Assembly (NCBI GenBank): GCA_965218795.1
Contig: OZ244653.1
Coordinates: 3,808,001-3,872,000, forward strand
Source: a bacterium
Lineage (GTDB): Bacteria; UBA8248; JACPRG01; G963555815
Length of the DNA: 64,000 nt
Direction of reading: 5' to 3'
Under the pieces are notes generated by a model, which was not told where the DNA came from, did not search any database, and saw only the letters and a list, made by a program, of their open reading frames with translations. The translations under genes were made by a program, and so were the position numbers. This document shows, piece after piece, positions 19,779-29,484 of the stretch (position 1 is the stretch's first letter; each line of letters opens with the position of its first letter).

Positions 19779-20486
19779 ATGGATGCCCCCCTCTTCACCT
19801 CTCTTGAAGAGAAAGTGGATCCCGCCCATTCGGCGGTGATCGTCGTAGATGTTCAGAACGATTTTTGCGCCACCGACGGTTGGATGGGGAAGGCGTGCCG
19901 GGACCTCCCCCTGGGCGAAGTCCAGGCCATGGTCCCCCGGCTGGAAAAATTCATCGATGTGGCCCGGGCTCATCAGGTGCCGGTGATCTGGGTTCGGTGC
20001 GCGTATGACGACGTCTATATCGGGAGCAACCAGAAAGAGCGGGTCCGGAGGCAGAAATTCGGCCGTCCTCCGTGCCTGTCGGATACCTGGGGTCAGGAGT
20101 TTTATGTGCTCAAGCCGGTGGATGGAGAGGTCATCGTGACCAAGCACCGTTACGACGCCTTCGAGGGCACGAATCTGGACCTGCTCCTCCGCTCCAACGG
20201 AATTCACACCCTCCTGATGACCGGGGTGACAACGGAATGCTGTGTGGAGTCGGCTTCCCGCCACGGCTTCTTTCTGGGGTACTTCATTGTCATGGTGGAG
20301 GACTGCTGCGGCACGTTCGACCCGGCGCTTCAGGAAGGCTCCAGAAGGATGTTTCAGGATTACTTCGGCGTGGTGTCCAATTCCGTGGAGCTCGGGGGGA
20401 TATGGGGAAGGCTGGCCGACGACAAGGTCGCCGCCCTTCGGGTTCCCGCCATGAACGATCTCGGGAATCCGGTATCTGCGGGTTGA
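19779..20486 (+). CDS. Isochorismatase-family cysteine hydrolase (RutB-like), paralog 1
   Basis: VDVQND, KHRYDAF, GVTTECCVES (D-K-C triad). Confidence 0.9.
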   Translation: MDAPLFTSLEEKVDPAHSAVIVVDVQNDFCATDGWMGKACRDLPLGEVQAMVPRLEKFIDVARAHQVPVIWVRCAYDDVYIGSNQKERVRRQKFGRPPCLSDTWGQEFYVLKPVDGEVIVTKHRYDAFEGTNLDLLLRSNGIHTLLMTGVTTECCVESASRHGFFLGYFIVMVEDCCGTFDPALQEGSRRMFQDYFGVVSNSVELGGIWGRLADDKVAALRVPAMNDLGNPVSAG

Positions 20487-20519
20487 CCGACCCGGTTGAC
20501 CGGATGGAGGAGTTTCATC

Positions 20520-21194
20520 ATGGACGTTCCGTTGTTCGAATCATTCGAAGAAAAGGTAGACCCGGCCCACACGGCCTTGGTTGTGGTCGATATGCAGAAT
20601 GATTACCTGGCCGAGGGCGGATTCTTCGATGAGGTTGGATATAGCCTGAAAGACATGCAGGCCATGACTCCCCGTCTTGGGGAATTTATCGAGACCGCCC
20701 GGTCGTTCGGGGTTCCCATTGTCTGGACCCGCAATTCGTATGACCCCGTATTCATGGGATCGACCCAAAAGGAGAGATCGTACCGGAGGGGAGAGGGCAA
20801 AGTTCCCGCCCAGTCCGGCACTTGGGGGCAGGAGTTCTATGTGATTCAGCCGAAGAGCGAGGATGTCATCATTCACAAGCACCGGTTCGACGCGTTTGAA
20901 GGGACCAATCTGGACGTGGTCTTGAAATCGAACGGGATTCATTCCCTTCTCATGACCGGTGTCACCACCGAATGTTGTGTCCAGTCCACGGCCCGACGAG
21001 GCTTTTTCCTAGGTTATTACATCGTTTTGGTGGAAGACTGCGCCAGCACGTACGATCCGTCTTTTCAGGAATACACCAAGCGAGTCATCGATGATTACTT
21101 CGGCGTCGTGTGCAACGCTCAGGAGGTTCAGTCGGCGTGGGCGGCGCTTTCGGACGAAAAGGCGGCTCAGGCGGGGCCGGCCACGAAGACCTGA
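20520..21194 (+). CDS. Isochorismatase-family cysteine hydrolase (RutB-like), paralog 2
   Basis: VDMQND, KHRFDAF, GVTTECCVQS. Confidence 0.9.
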   Translation: MDVPLFESFEEKVDPAHTALVVVDMQNDYLAEGGFFDEVGYSLKDMQAMTPRLGEFIETARSFGVPIVWTRNSYDPVFMGSTQKERSYRRGEGKVPAQSGTWGQEFYVIQPKSEDVIIHKHRFDAFEGTNLDVVLKSNGIHSLLMTGVTTECCVQSTARRGFFLGYYIVLVEDCASTYDPSFQEYTKRVIDDYFGVVCNAQEVQSAWAALSDEKAAQAGPATKT

Positions 21195-21212
21195 AGGGCG
21201 AATCCCTCCAAC

Positions 21213-22571
21213 ATGCTCGATCTCCTCATGAAGAACGCGCTGGTTGTCTTTCCGCGTGAAGGCGAACGGGAAGGCAGCGTCGGCGTGCAAGACGGCAGGG
21301 TCGCCGGTGTCTACACCCAGGCCGAGTCCCCCTCGGCCCGGCAAATCATGGATGTGGAAGGCAGGCCGCTCTTACCCGGCATTTTCGATCCGCACATTCA
21401 TTTGGGCGTTCGAAGCGTTAGCTATGATGATGAGTGCCTGACGGAAACCCGGGCGGCGCTCAAAGGCGGAATCACGACGGTCGGCTGCTTCCTTCGCGAA
21501 AAGGGCTCATACGTCGGCAAGGTGGAGGACTTCGCCCGGCGGGCCGAGAAAAGCATCTTCACGGACATTCTTTTCCATTTGGTGATCCTGGAGAAGTCTC
21601 AGATACCCGATATTCCGATGCTGGCGGACCGCTACGGGAATCCCGCTTTCAAGTTCTATCTTCACGGTATCCCCGGACTTCCCATCATGGATGAGGAGGG
21701 CCTCATCGAAGCCTTCCGGGTGATCGCGGGTCTCGATCCGCCGGGGCTGGCTTGCGTTCATTCTGAACTCCATGAAATGTGCGTGGAAGGGTTGGCCCGG
21801 CTCGAAGCCATGGAAAACCCGACGAAGCTGTCGGAGTGGACCATGAGCTCCCCCGAGGGCGCCGAGGGGGAAGCGGTGCGGCTCTGCGCCCGCGTTTCGA
21901 GAGAAACCGGGGTCCGTGTCTATATCGTTCATCTGTCCTCCGCCTCTGGCTTGACGGCCGTGCGGGAGGCCAAGGCCGCGGGAGTCTCCTTGTTTTGTGA
22001 ATCGACCTCCCCGTACCTGTTCTTCGATAATGAGGATCCTTCAGGCATGATGCTGAAGCGCCATCCACCCGTGCGGTCCCCAGCGGACCGCGAGGCCCTC
22101 TGGTCGGGCGTCGCCGACGGCTCCATCGAGACGCTCGGAACGGACAACGTAACCGCCGCCGCCGAGGAGAACAATTGCACGGGTGCGTTCTGGGAGAACA
22201 GGGGCGGGATGTCCTGCCTGCCCTGGCACGTCCCGGAGATCCTCCAGAAGGGGTATCACGAAAGGGGTTTGGCCCTCCATCTGTTGGCCGACAGAATGAG
22301 CCGCCGCCCGGCGGAGCTCTTCGGACTCTATCCTCGGAAGGGGTCATGGGAGATTGGGGCGGACGCCGACCTGGTCGTCATCGACCCTGACCTTGAAAAG
22401 GTTGTCCGTGCGGGCGAGAGCGGTTCGCGGGGGGACTTCTCCCCGCTGGAGGGCGGGACGCTCAAAGGATGGCCGGTGACGGTCGTGAAAAACGGGGAAG
22501 TAGTCGTTGAGGAAGGCGAACTGGTCTCCGAGCCCGGCATCGGCCGATGCTTGAATCGGATATCAGGATAA
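21213..22571 (+). CDS. Cyclic amidohydrolase (dihydroorotase/allantoinase/dihydropyrimidinase family)
   Basis: DPHIH, GGITT, FKFY, VHSE, VHLS, GTDN, GADADLV. Confidence 0.88.
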   Translation: MLDLLMKNALVVFPREGEREGSVGVQDGRVAGVYTQAESPSARQIMDVEGRPLLPGIFDPHIHLGVRSVSYDDECLTETRAALKGGITTVGCFLREKGSYVGKVEDFARRAEKSIFTDILFHLVILEKSQIPDIPMLADRYGNPAFKFYLHGIPGLPIMDEEGLIEAFRVIAGLDPPGLACVHSELHEMCVEGLARLEAMENPTKLSEWTMSSPEGAEGEAVRLCARVSRETGVRVYIVHLSSASGLTAVREAKAAGVSLFCESTSPYLFFDNEDPSGMMLKRHPPVRSPADREALWSGVADGSIETLGTDNVTAAAEENNCTGAFWENRGGMSCLPWHVPEILQKGYHERGLALHLLADRMSRRPAELFGLYPRKGSWEIGADADLVVIDPDLEKVVRAGESGSRGDFSPLEGGTLKGWPVTVVKNGEVVVEEGELVSEPGIGRCLNRISG

Positions 22572-22699
22572 AGTTTCCGTCGGAGCAATATTGACGGCCG
22601 CGAACCATCCCTCATTCTGTTCGGGACGCATCGCGGATTCCTCGGATTGTTCGGCGTGACAAATCCGGGCGGGTCTTGGGCGTAGCCGAAGGGGTCTGC

Positions 22700-23755
22700 T
22701 CAGCCTTCCGACATCCAGATCTCCGGCATTTCCCCCTGACTGGGCCGCACAACACCTTTTTCCGTAACGATCGCGTCCACGAATTTCGCGGGCGTCACGT
22801 CAAACGCCGGGTTGAAGACGTCGATCCCTTCCGGCGCGACGCGCAGGCCCCCGATGTGCGTGACTTCCTCGGGATCCCGCTCTTCGATGGGAATGTCGTC
22901 CCCGGAAGCCAGGGAGAAATCAATCGTTGAGGTCGGCGCGGCCACATAAAACGGGACGCCGTTTTCTCGAGCCAAAACCGCCACTGTATACGTGCCAATC
23001 TTGTTGGCGACATCGCCATTCCGCGCAATCCGGTCAGACCCCACCACGACGCAGTCGACCCTCCCCGTCCGCATACAGTAGCCCGCCATGTTGTCCGAGA
23101 TGAGGATGACGGGGATGTCGTCCCGATGCAGTTCCCATGCGGTGAGGCGGGCGCCTTGAAGGAAGGGCCGGGTTTCGTCGACCCAGACTCCGGCGATCTT
23201 CGATTGGGCGTGGGCTGAACGGATCACGCCCGCGGCAGTGCCGTAACCCGCGGTGGCTAGCGCACCCGCGTTGCAATGGGTGAGAACATGAGCATCGGGG
23301 GGGATTAATTCCGCGCCGTTGTCTCCGATCCGGCGGCACATCGCGACGTCTTCGGCGTGCATCTCACGGGCGAGTGTCAGCAGAGATTCAGAGACCTCCC
23401 CGGGGGAGCGGCCTTCCGACAACCGGTTTCGCGCGTGAGCGAGGCATCGGTCGATGGCCCAGAACAGGTTGACGGCCGTCGGCCGGGTCTCTCCCAGGTC
23501 CTTTGCGGCGGATTCAAGGTGCTCGATCCAGGTTCCGGCGTCGGTCAGGCCGGTCTCTCTTGCCGCCAGGGCCATGCCGAAGGCTGCCGTGACGCCGATG
23601 GCCGGCGCGCCGCGGACCACCATGTCGCGGATGGCATCGGCCACCTCCCGATGGTCCCTGCAATGCACATACGTTTCTTCCCGGGGGAGCTTGCGCTGAT
23701 CGATCAGCACGACCGCGTCGTCCCGATAATCGATCGTCTCAACGGTGGATGCCAT
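22700..23755 (-). CDS. mtnA: S-methyl-5-thioribose-1-phosphate isomerase
   Basis: [39 protein letters not shown]. Confidence 0.96.
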   Translation of the reverse strand: MASTVETIDYRDDAVVLIDQRKLPREETYVHCRDHREVADAIRDMVVRGAPAIGVTAAFGMALAARETGLTDAGTWIEHLESAAKDLGETRPTAVNLFWAIDRCLAHARNRLSEGRSPGEVSESLLTLAREMHAEDVAMCRRIGDNGAELIPPDAHVLTHCNAGALATAGYGTAAGVIRSAHAQSKIAGVWVDETRPFLQGARLTAWELHRDDIPVILISDNMAGYCMRTGRVDCVVVGSDRIARNGDVANKIGTYTVAVLARENGVPFYVAAPTSTIDFSLASGDDIPIEERDPEEVTHIGGLRVAPEGIDVFNPAFDVTPAKFVDAIVTEKGVVRPSQGEMPEIWMSEG

Positions 23756-23796
23756 GGGTTCCTCAATCGAATGAGCCAAAAGAGGGCCGGGAGCGG

Positions 23797-24105
23797 TCAG
23801 AGTCCCAGGGAATTCACGACGGTCCGGACTTCCACGCCATCGACCCGGATTCGCTTATTCCGTCCCTTGTGGCCGGAAAGAACCGAGACCTGATGGGAGC
23901 GAATCTTCAGCGCCTCGGCAAGCACTTGGATGCATTGTCTGTTCGCGGCGTTATCGACGGGCGGAGCCGTCAGCCGAATCAAGAGCTCGCCTTCCCCGGC
24001 CGGCCCTACGGATACCCTTGAGGCGCGCGGCTGTACGCGGATATGCAGAATGACGCCGCCCGGGACGCCTCGGACGAAGGGTTCGCCTGCGTCCGGACCG
24101 GACAT
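23797..24105 (-). CDS. yggU: DUF167/YggU family protein
   Basis: [24 protein letters not shown]. Confidence 0.88.
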   Translation of the reverse strand: MSGPDAGEPFVRGVPGGVILHIRVQPRASRVSVGPAGEGELLIRLTAPPVDNAANRQCIQVLAEALKIRSHQVSVLSGHKGRNKRIRVDGVEVRTVVNSLGL

Positions 24106-24106
24106 C

Positions 24107-24769
24107 CTATTTGTCCGTTCGCTGTTTGCTCGGAATGAAAACGGAAAGGTGCGGCTCGACTTTTGGCGGGCCCTTCGATGGACCGGGCTTCGATCGGGAG
24201 GAACCGTCGGCCTTGACCGGGTGCTCGGCAGCCGCGGGTTTCGGTTCAGGGTGATGGGTCGACGGCTCGGACGCGCCGAACCCGGCAGCAACCCCATCGA
24301 TCTCCTCCTGGATGGGGGCGCTTCCTTTCTCTTCCGCTTCGAGCATCCGAAGGTGAGTGTCCAGCATCAAGCGCATATTGAGGATCAGCTGGCGTTTCCG
24401 GCTGCGGAGGCCTGTCAGCTCGTCGCGGACGCTTGCGGCCTCGGACTGGGTCGAGACGATGATTTCACTGGATTTGGACTGGGCATCCCGAATGATGAGC
24501 TCGGCTTCCTTCTTGGCGTTCGCCATGATGTCTTCCTTGAGGGTCTGCGCCGCCAATAGGGTTTTCTTGACATTCGACTCGTTTGCCGAGAGTTCCTCTA
24601 TCCGATGCTCCAGCTTTTGCCGATCTTCCTTGAGCCGGCCGTTCTCCCGAGTGAGCTCTTCGAGCTCCTCCGCCACCATCTCCAGGAAGGTATCGACTTC
24701 CTGTGGGTCAAAGCCCCGGAACTTGACCGAGAACCGCTGCTGGCGGATGTCAATGGGCGCGATTTTCAT
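24107..24769 (-). CDS. DivIVA domain protein
   Basis: IAPIDIRQQRFSVKFRGFDPQEVDTFL followed by coiled coil. Confidence 0.92.
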   Translation of the reverse strand: MKIAPIDIRQQRFSVKFRGFDPQEVDTFLEMVAEELEELTRENGRLKEDRQKLEHRIEELSANESNVKKTLLAAQTLKEDIMANAKKEAELIIRDAQSKSSEIIVSTQSEAASVRDELTGLRSRKRQLILNMRLMLDTHLRMLEAEEKGSAPIQEEIDGVAAGFGASEPSTHHPEPKPAAAEHPVKADGSSRSKPGPSKGPPKVEPHLSVFIPSKQRTDK

Positions 24770-24822
24770 GCGCCTGTCTCCTTCCCTGAAATTGACAACG
24801 GGTCCACAGGGACCGTACTTCT

Positions 24823-25143
24823 CTATTGTAGGCCCATAGCCATTTGTTGCAACGACCGGACCAAAAAGATTTGCAGAAAGTAGATGACCAAAATGACGAC
24901 AACCGGGGAAATATCCAGGCCCAGGCCGGTCGGCAGACGATATCGGATAGGGGCCAGGACGGGTTCGGTGAATCGATCCAGAAGCTCCGCAACCGTCTGA
25001 AGAAGCATCCGGACCTGATAGTTGGTGGGCAGATGCTCCACCCAGGAGAGGATGACCCGGATGATGATCATCCAGAGGTAGATGTCGAGCACCCAATCCA
25101 GAATAAAGGCGATGGCCCCAAGCAGATTGCCGAAGACGAACAA
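24823..25143 (-). CDS. yggT: YggT family membrane protein
   Basis: IIRVILSWV, TEPVLAPIR, GLDISP. Confidence 0.92.
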   Translation of the reverse strand: MFVFGNLLGAIAFILDWVLDIYLWMIIIRVILSWVEHLPTNYQVRMLLQTVAELLDRFTEPVLAPIRYRLPTGLGLDISPVVVILVIYFLQIFLVRSLQQMAMGLQ

Positions 25144-25152
25144 GACGTGCTC

Positions 25153-26010
25153 CTATTTTTGCTGTCCCAGTTCCAGGGAGCGCGTAGCCGCCGCCTCGAC
25201 GGCCCGTATCAGGACGCCCCGCAAAGCGCCGTCCTCCAAGGCAGCGAGCCCGGCGATGGTGGTGCCCCCCGGGGAGGTCACCCAATCCTTGAGCCGTCCC
25301 GGGTGTTCTCCGGTTTCGAGGACCATGTCGGCCGCACCCGCCACGGTCTGGGCCGCGAGCATCAAAGCGGTCTCTCGAGACAGACCCATGAGAACGCCTC
25401 CGTCCGCGAGGGCTTCGATCATCAGCGCAACGTAGGCGGGTCCGCTCCCCGAGAGCCCCGTGACCGCATCCATTTGAGATTCGCTCACCACTACGGCTCG
25501 CCCCACCGCCTCGAAGAATTCGACGACCGTTTCCAGGTCTTTCCGCCGAGCCTTCTTCCCCCCGGCGACGCCCGTCGCACCTTTTCCGACAAGTGCGGGG
25601 GTGTTCGGCATCACGCGAACAACCCGGCCCCGGCCCCCCAGCCTTGCCTCGATTCGATGGGTCGGGACGCCCGCCATGATGCTGACAATCAAATGTGAAT
25701 CCCGGATGATGGGCGCGATGGCATCCAACGCGACTTCCATGCTCTGGGGCTTGACGGCCAAGATGACAATGTCGGCGTCGGATACGGCCGTGGCGTTGTC
25801 CGGGCTCGTCCGAACGCGGAAGGTCCGGCGCAAATGGGCCAGCCTGCCGGTGACGATATCGGAAATGCAGATGGAGTCGGGCCTTACGATCCCCGAATCC
25901 AAAAAACCCCGGACCAGCGCCTCCGCCATGTTCCCGCCGCCGATGAAGGCCAGTTTGGGTTCACTCCGTCGAGCGCGTCCCGATTTCCGCTTATCCGATT
26001 GCTTTGCCAC
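25153..26010 (-). CDS. proC: Pyrroline-5-carboxylate reductase
   Basis: FIGGGNMA, RVMPNTP, SGSGPAY, VTSPGGTT; GTG start after AAAGGA. Confidence 0.96.
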   Translation of the reverse strand: MAKQSDKRKSGRARRSEPKLAFIGGGNMAEALVRGFLDSGIVRPDSICISDIVTGRLAHLRRTFRVRTSPDNATAVSDADIVILAVKPQSMEVALDAIAPIIRDSHLIVSIMAGVPTHRIEARLGGRGRVVRVMPNTPALVGKGATGVAGGKKARRKDLETVVEFFEAVGRAVVVSESQMDAVTGLSGSGPAYVALMIEALADGGVLMGLSRETALMLAAQTVAGAADMVLETGEHPGRLKDWVTSPGGTTIAGLAALEDGALRGVLIRAVEAAATRSLELGQQK

Positions 26011-26032
26011 GGAGTCGCGTCCTTTCAATCGG

Positions 26033-26740
26033 TCAATGTCGAGAACCGAAGATGGCCGTGCCCACACGGACGATGGTCGCGCCTTCCTCAATCGCTACCT
26101 CGAAATCGGCCGTCATGCCCATCGATAATCCTGCGACCCCTTCGTGACCGGCCTCGACGAGCCGGTCACGAAGCTCCCGAAGCATCCTGAACCAGGTTCG
26201 ACTTTCCTCGGCGCGGTCGGTGAAGGGAGGCATCGTCATCAGTCCTTGAAGCCGGAGGCGGGATGAATTTTCAAGCGCGTCAACGATCCTTTCCGCTTCA
26301 TCCGGCCGGCAGCCGCTTTTCGCCTCCTCGCCCGAAATGTTGACCTCCAGGTAGACGGACACGGATTCTGTCCCCGATGCGGCTCTCTTTTCAAGCTCTT
26401 CCGCGAGACGGAGGCTGTCTACGGATTGTATGCAATCGAATAGTCCTAAAACATGACGAACTTTATTTCGCTGCAGGTGTCCAATCAAATGCCATTGAGG
26501 ACCGGGCGAACCGGATGATTCCAGGGCCTTTCGGACGGACGGCACCTTTTCGAGCGCCTCCTGGACGCGATTCTCGCCCAAGGTTTCGGCACCGGCGGCA
26601 TAAGCCTCGAGGACCATTTCGGGAGGAAACGTTTTGCTGACGGCCACTAAGGAGATGGAAGCCGGCTCACGGCCGACGCGCAAAGCCGCTTCCGCCATTC
26701 GGGTTCGAACACGTTCCAGGTTTTTGGCGATATCGACCAT
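26033..26740 (-). CDS. yggS: PLP homeostasis protein YggS
   Basis: VAVSKT, GENRVQE, HLIGHLQRNK, LSMGM, RVGTAIFG. Confidence 0.96.
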   Translation of the reverse strand: MVDIAKNLERVRTRMAEAALRVGREPASISLVAVSKTFPPEMVLEAYAAGAETLGENRVQEALEKVPSVRKALESSGSPGPQWHLIGHLQRNKVRHVLGLFDCIQSVDSLRLAEELEKRAASGTESVSVYLEVNISGEEAKSGCRPDEAERIVDALENSSRLRLQGLMTMPPFTDRAEESRTWFRMLRELRDRLVEAGHEGVAGLSMGMTADFEVAIEEGATIVRVGTAIFGSRH

Positions 26741-26992
26741 ACCATGAAATGAATATGCGACAAATGAAAGGACGGGAAAGCAAAATCGTGGAATGCCTTA
26801 ATAATCTTTCATTTATAGCAACGCTGAAAACCGCCTGCAAGGAAAATTCAGGTATTCGGCCAACCGGGTCGGTATTCAGCGTCCGGGCGCGCCGAACCCT
26901 TCGGGCTTGCGGAGGTCTTCCCTCCAACCTTATAATCCTGCTGAATCCTACCCTCTGTTTGACCGAAGAGGTGGGCGAGAGGAATTTCGACC

Positions 26993-27315
26993 ATGTCTCA
27001 GTGCTTCCACTGGAAGCCCCTGATCTTCACGATCACTGTGTTATGGGCGGCCGTGGGATGCGGTCCCAAGGGCCGGGTTGAGACGGTCCAGGGGAAAAGG
27101 TGAAGTGTAACCCTCCGGGGGAGGAGGCCAAGCGGATCTTTGCCCTCGCACTCAGCCCAAAGCGATACGAAGCGTACGAGGAGCTTTCGGATATCCTTTA
27201 TCAACTCGGCAAGGATCGGGATGACGAAAAAGGCCGAACATGGATCCGCGAACCCCTGGAATACGGTCAAAAAGCCAAAGCGCTGAAAGAAGGCCGCGCC
27301 CTTTCGAAACAATGA
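26993..27315 (+). pseudogene. Frameshifted small lipoprotein of unknown function
   Basis: GAGAGGA RBS, ATG 26993, MSQCFHWKPLIFTITVLWAAVG-C lipobox; stops at 27103 but continues as VKCNPPGEE... in ORF 27100-27315 after a shift in GGGGAAAAGG. Confidence 0.6.
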
Positions 27316-28238
27316 ATTCCCCCGCCACCCTCCGTCTGATTCAGTTTCGTGCCGGATATAACCTGCCCGTCGATGCCGGTATCGAGATGGGGCATTTTGC
27401 CGCCCAGGATCTCGATGTGGAGGTCACCTACACCCCGAATTCAGTCTACCTGGCCGAGCACTTGGAAGCCGGCGATTTTGATATCGGCCACACCTCGGCA
27501 GATGATGTGATCGCCGAAGTGGAAGGGCGGACCATCGGGATGCCCGGCGGGTCCGACCTCTTCCTCTTCATGGGTCTGCACAGCGGAATGCTCAGCCTTG
27601 TGGGGGCTCCGGGGCACGAGGATATCGAGTCCTTGCGGGGGAAGACCCTGGCCGTCGACTCAAGAATCACCGGCTTCGTTTTTATCCTGGAGAAGATGCT
27701 CCGGGTGAGCGGGATTCCACCGGAGGAATACCGGCTGGTGGAAGTGGGCGGATGGGAAAGCCGTTACGAATCCCTTTTGCGGGGTGAGCACGCCGGCACT
27801 TTGCTGACGGAGCCCTTCCTGGGAGATGCCGTCGAGTCGGGGTGCCGGCTCATCGCCCGCGGCTCGCAATTTGTGCCCGTATATCAGGCCACTTGCGGAG
27901 CGGCGACGCGCTCCTGGGCCGGGAACCACCGGGAGATTCTCGTGCGTTACATCCGAGCGTATCTGGAAGCCACCCGCTGGTGCTTGGACCCGCCGAACCG
28001 GGAGGCGTGTCTCAGGCTGTTGACGGACCGGAGCGGGATGGATGAGCCCGGGGCGGAGCGGACGCTGGGTCTCCTGATCGATCCGCAAGAGGGTCTCACC
28101 CCTAACGCCGAGCTCGATTTGCCGGGAATCGCCGTTGCCCTCGATCTGCGGACGGAAATGGGCCACTTGGCAGGCCGGGTCTCCGATCCGGAGAAATACG
28201 TGGACGGGGGTTATTATCGGGAAGCGATCGCAGGGTAG
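27312..28238 (+). CDS. NMT1/THI5-SsuA-like substrate-binding-fold protein, no signal peptide
   Basis: GHFAAQDLDVE, SLRGKTLAVDS..TGF, YIRAYLEA, PEKYVD patterns; ATGA overlap with upstream ORF. Confidence 0.8.
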   Translation: MNSPATLRLIQFRAGYNLPVDAGIEMGHFAAQDLDVEVTYTPNSVYLAEHLEAGDFDIGHTSADDVIAEVEGRTIGMPGGSDLFLFMGLHSGMLSLVGAPGHEDIESLRGKTLAVDSRITGFVFILEKMLRVSGIPPEEYRLVEVGGWESRYESLLRGEHAGTLLTEPFLGDAVESGCRLIARGSQFVPVYQATCGAATRSWAGNHREILVRYIRAYLEATRWCLDPPNREACLRLLTDRSGMDEPGAERTLGLLIDPQEGLTPNAELDLPGIAVALDLRTEMGHLAGRVSDPEKYVDGGYYREAIAG

Positions 28239-28485
28239 ACCGGCCACCCACTCGGAATGGCTGCGGCAGGTCGAATGCGCGGTCTGAAATCGAAGAGGAA
28301 CGGAGAGATGATCGAGCGAAGCAATCCCTCCAGGCCCCACGCCGACTGAAGTGGATCTATTGCAGGGTGGCGGTCTGGTGTCTCTACCACCTCATCATGT
28401 ACTGGATCGGCTTTGAGGGGGGGCGGCCCGGCGGCTGGGGAATCTCTCCTCAGAACCCGTCTCGGCGCCCTCTTTCTGGATTCGG

Positions 28486-29331
28486 TCAGCGTCTGGCCTC
28501 CAAGGTGAATTCCACGTTGACCTTGGACCCGCCATTCTTCCCGCCGGCGGAGACCGTCACCTCCTGGGAGAGAACGATTGGCTCTTCGTGTTCATAGAAA
28601 GCCGGTTTCCCGTTCTTGGGAATCATGTGCGTTACGCGCCAGCCTTCGTGCCAAGCCTTGATGGTGTAAGCCCCTGGCGGGACGTCCGGAAGGATGAATT
28701 TTCCTTCTTGATCCGATACGGCATAGTAGGGATGCGGAGTGACGTAGATGATCGCGCTCATCCATCCGTGTCCAGCGTCGTTCCGAAGGGTGATGAGCCC
28801 CGGTTGACGAAGAGGTTTGACGAACAGCGTACCCGGTTCCGGCATGGGCAGGTTGTAAGTGGCTGCCCCGAACATGCGAATATTGTGAAGAACGCGATCC
28901 TTGTTGTGCATCGCCAGATAGGAGCCGACGGGGGCGAGGAGCACATGGGGGCGGTACTCGCACCGCTGAATGATCAGCTTTCGCGCCCGGCTCAGGCCGG
29001 TCGCCGCGGCTTTCTTTCCACGCCGGATGTTTGAAAGGTAGACCACCGTGTTGGCGATCCCTCCGCCGGGTCCGATGACGAGACGGGGGGAAGGTTTGAA
29101 CCGTTTCCCTTGCGGGTCGCAGACGCTCTCATCCCGGTTGATGGGATAGGACGCCAGGGGGGCCGGTCGCCGGCTCTTCCACCTGACGACTCCCGAGATG
29201 GTCCCGCCCTTTTGGACGGACAATTCCTCATACTGGCCGGCGCCGATCCGGGATGCCTCTGTCGCGCCGTCCGCACAAAAGGCGATGATGCAGATCATGA
29301 CGGCCAGCGACATCCCAAAATAATGCTTCAT
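28486..29331 (-). CDS. Secreted carboxypeptidase-regulatory-like/cupredoxin-like domain protein
   Basis: Signal-like N-terminus; GGTISGVV, CEYRPHV, DRVLHN, GHGWMSA, HPYYAVSD..G.F..PDVPPGAY...AWHE. Confidence 0.75.
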   Translation of the reverse strand: MKHYFGMSLAVMICIIAFCADGATEASRIGAGQYEELSVQKGGTISGVVRWKSRRPAPLASYPINRDESVCDPQGKRFKPSPRLVIGPGGGIANTVVYLSNIRRGKKAAATGLSRARKLIIQRCEYRPHVLLAPVGSYLAMHNKDRVLHNIRMFGAATYNLPMPEPGTLFVKPLRQPGLITLRNDAGHGWMSAIIYVTPHPYYAVSDQEGKFILPDVPPGAYTIKAWHEGWRVTHMIPKNGKPAFYEHEEPIVLSQEVTVSAGGKNGGSKVNVEFTLEARR

Positions 29332-29484
29332 CTGCTGGTGGCTCCACTGGAATGCGCGTCGTATAGTCGTATAAAGGATACTGCGGGCCGTCACAGTTTC
29401 ATCAAACACGAAGGGCGAGTCAAGCAACGGTGATGCTGCTCGTGTGAAGGATGGAGCGGCAGACCCTTGAGGAGACGGCATCGG

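Noticed and set aside
24107-25285. 392-aa extended DivIVA, and similar N-terminal extensions of ppx, proC, yggU and TIGR02757
   Set aside because: Extensions overlap real upstream genes; internal starts match family N-termini
28309-28485. Possible small membrane protein remnant (LKWIYCRVAVWCLYHLIMYWIGF)
   Set aside because: Needs a frameshift to connect to a start, has no family motif and runs into the convergent gene
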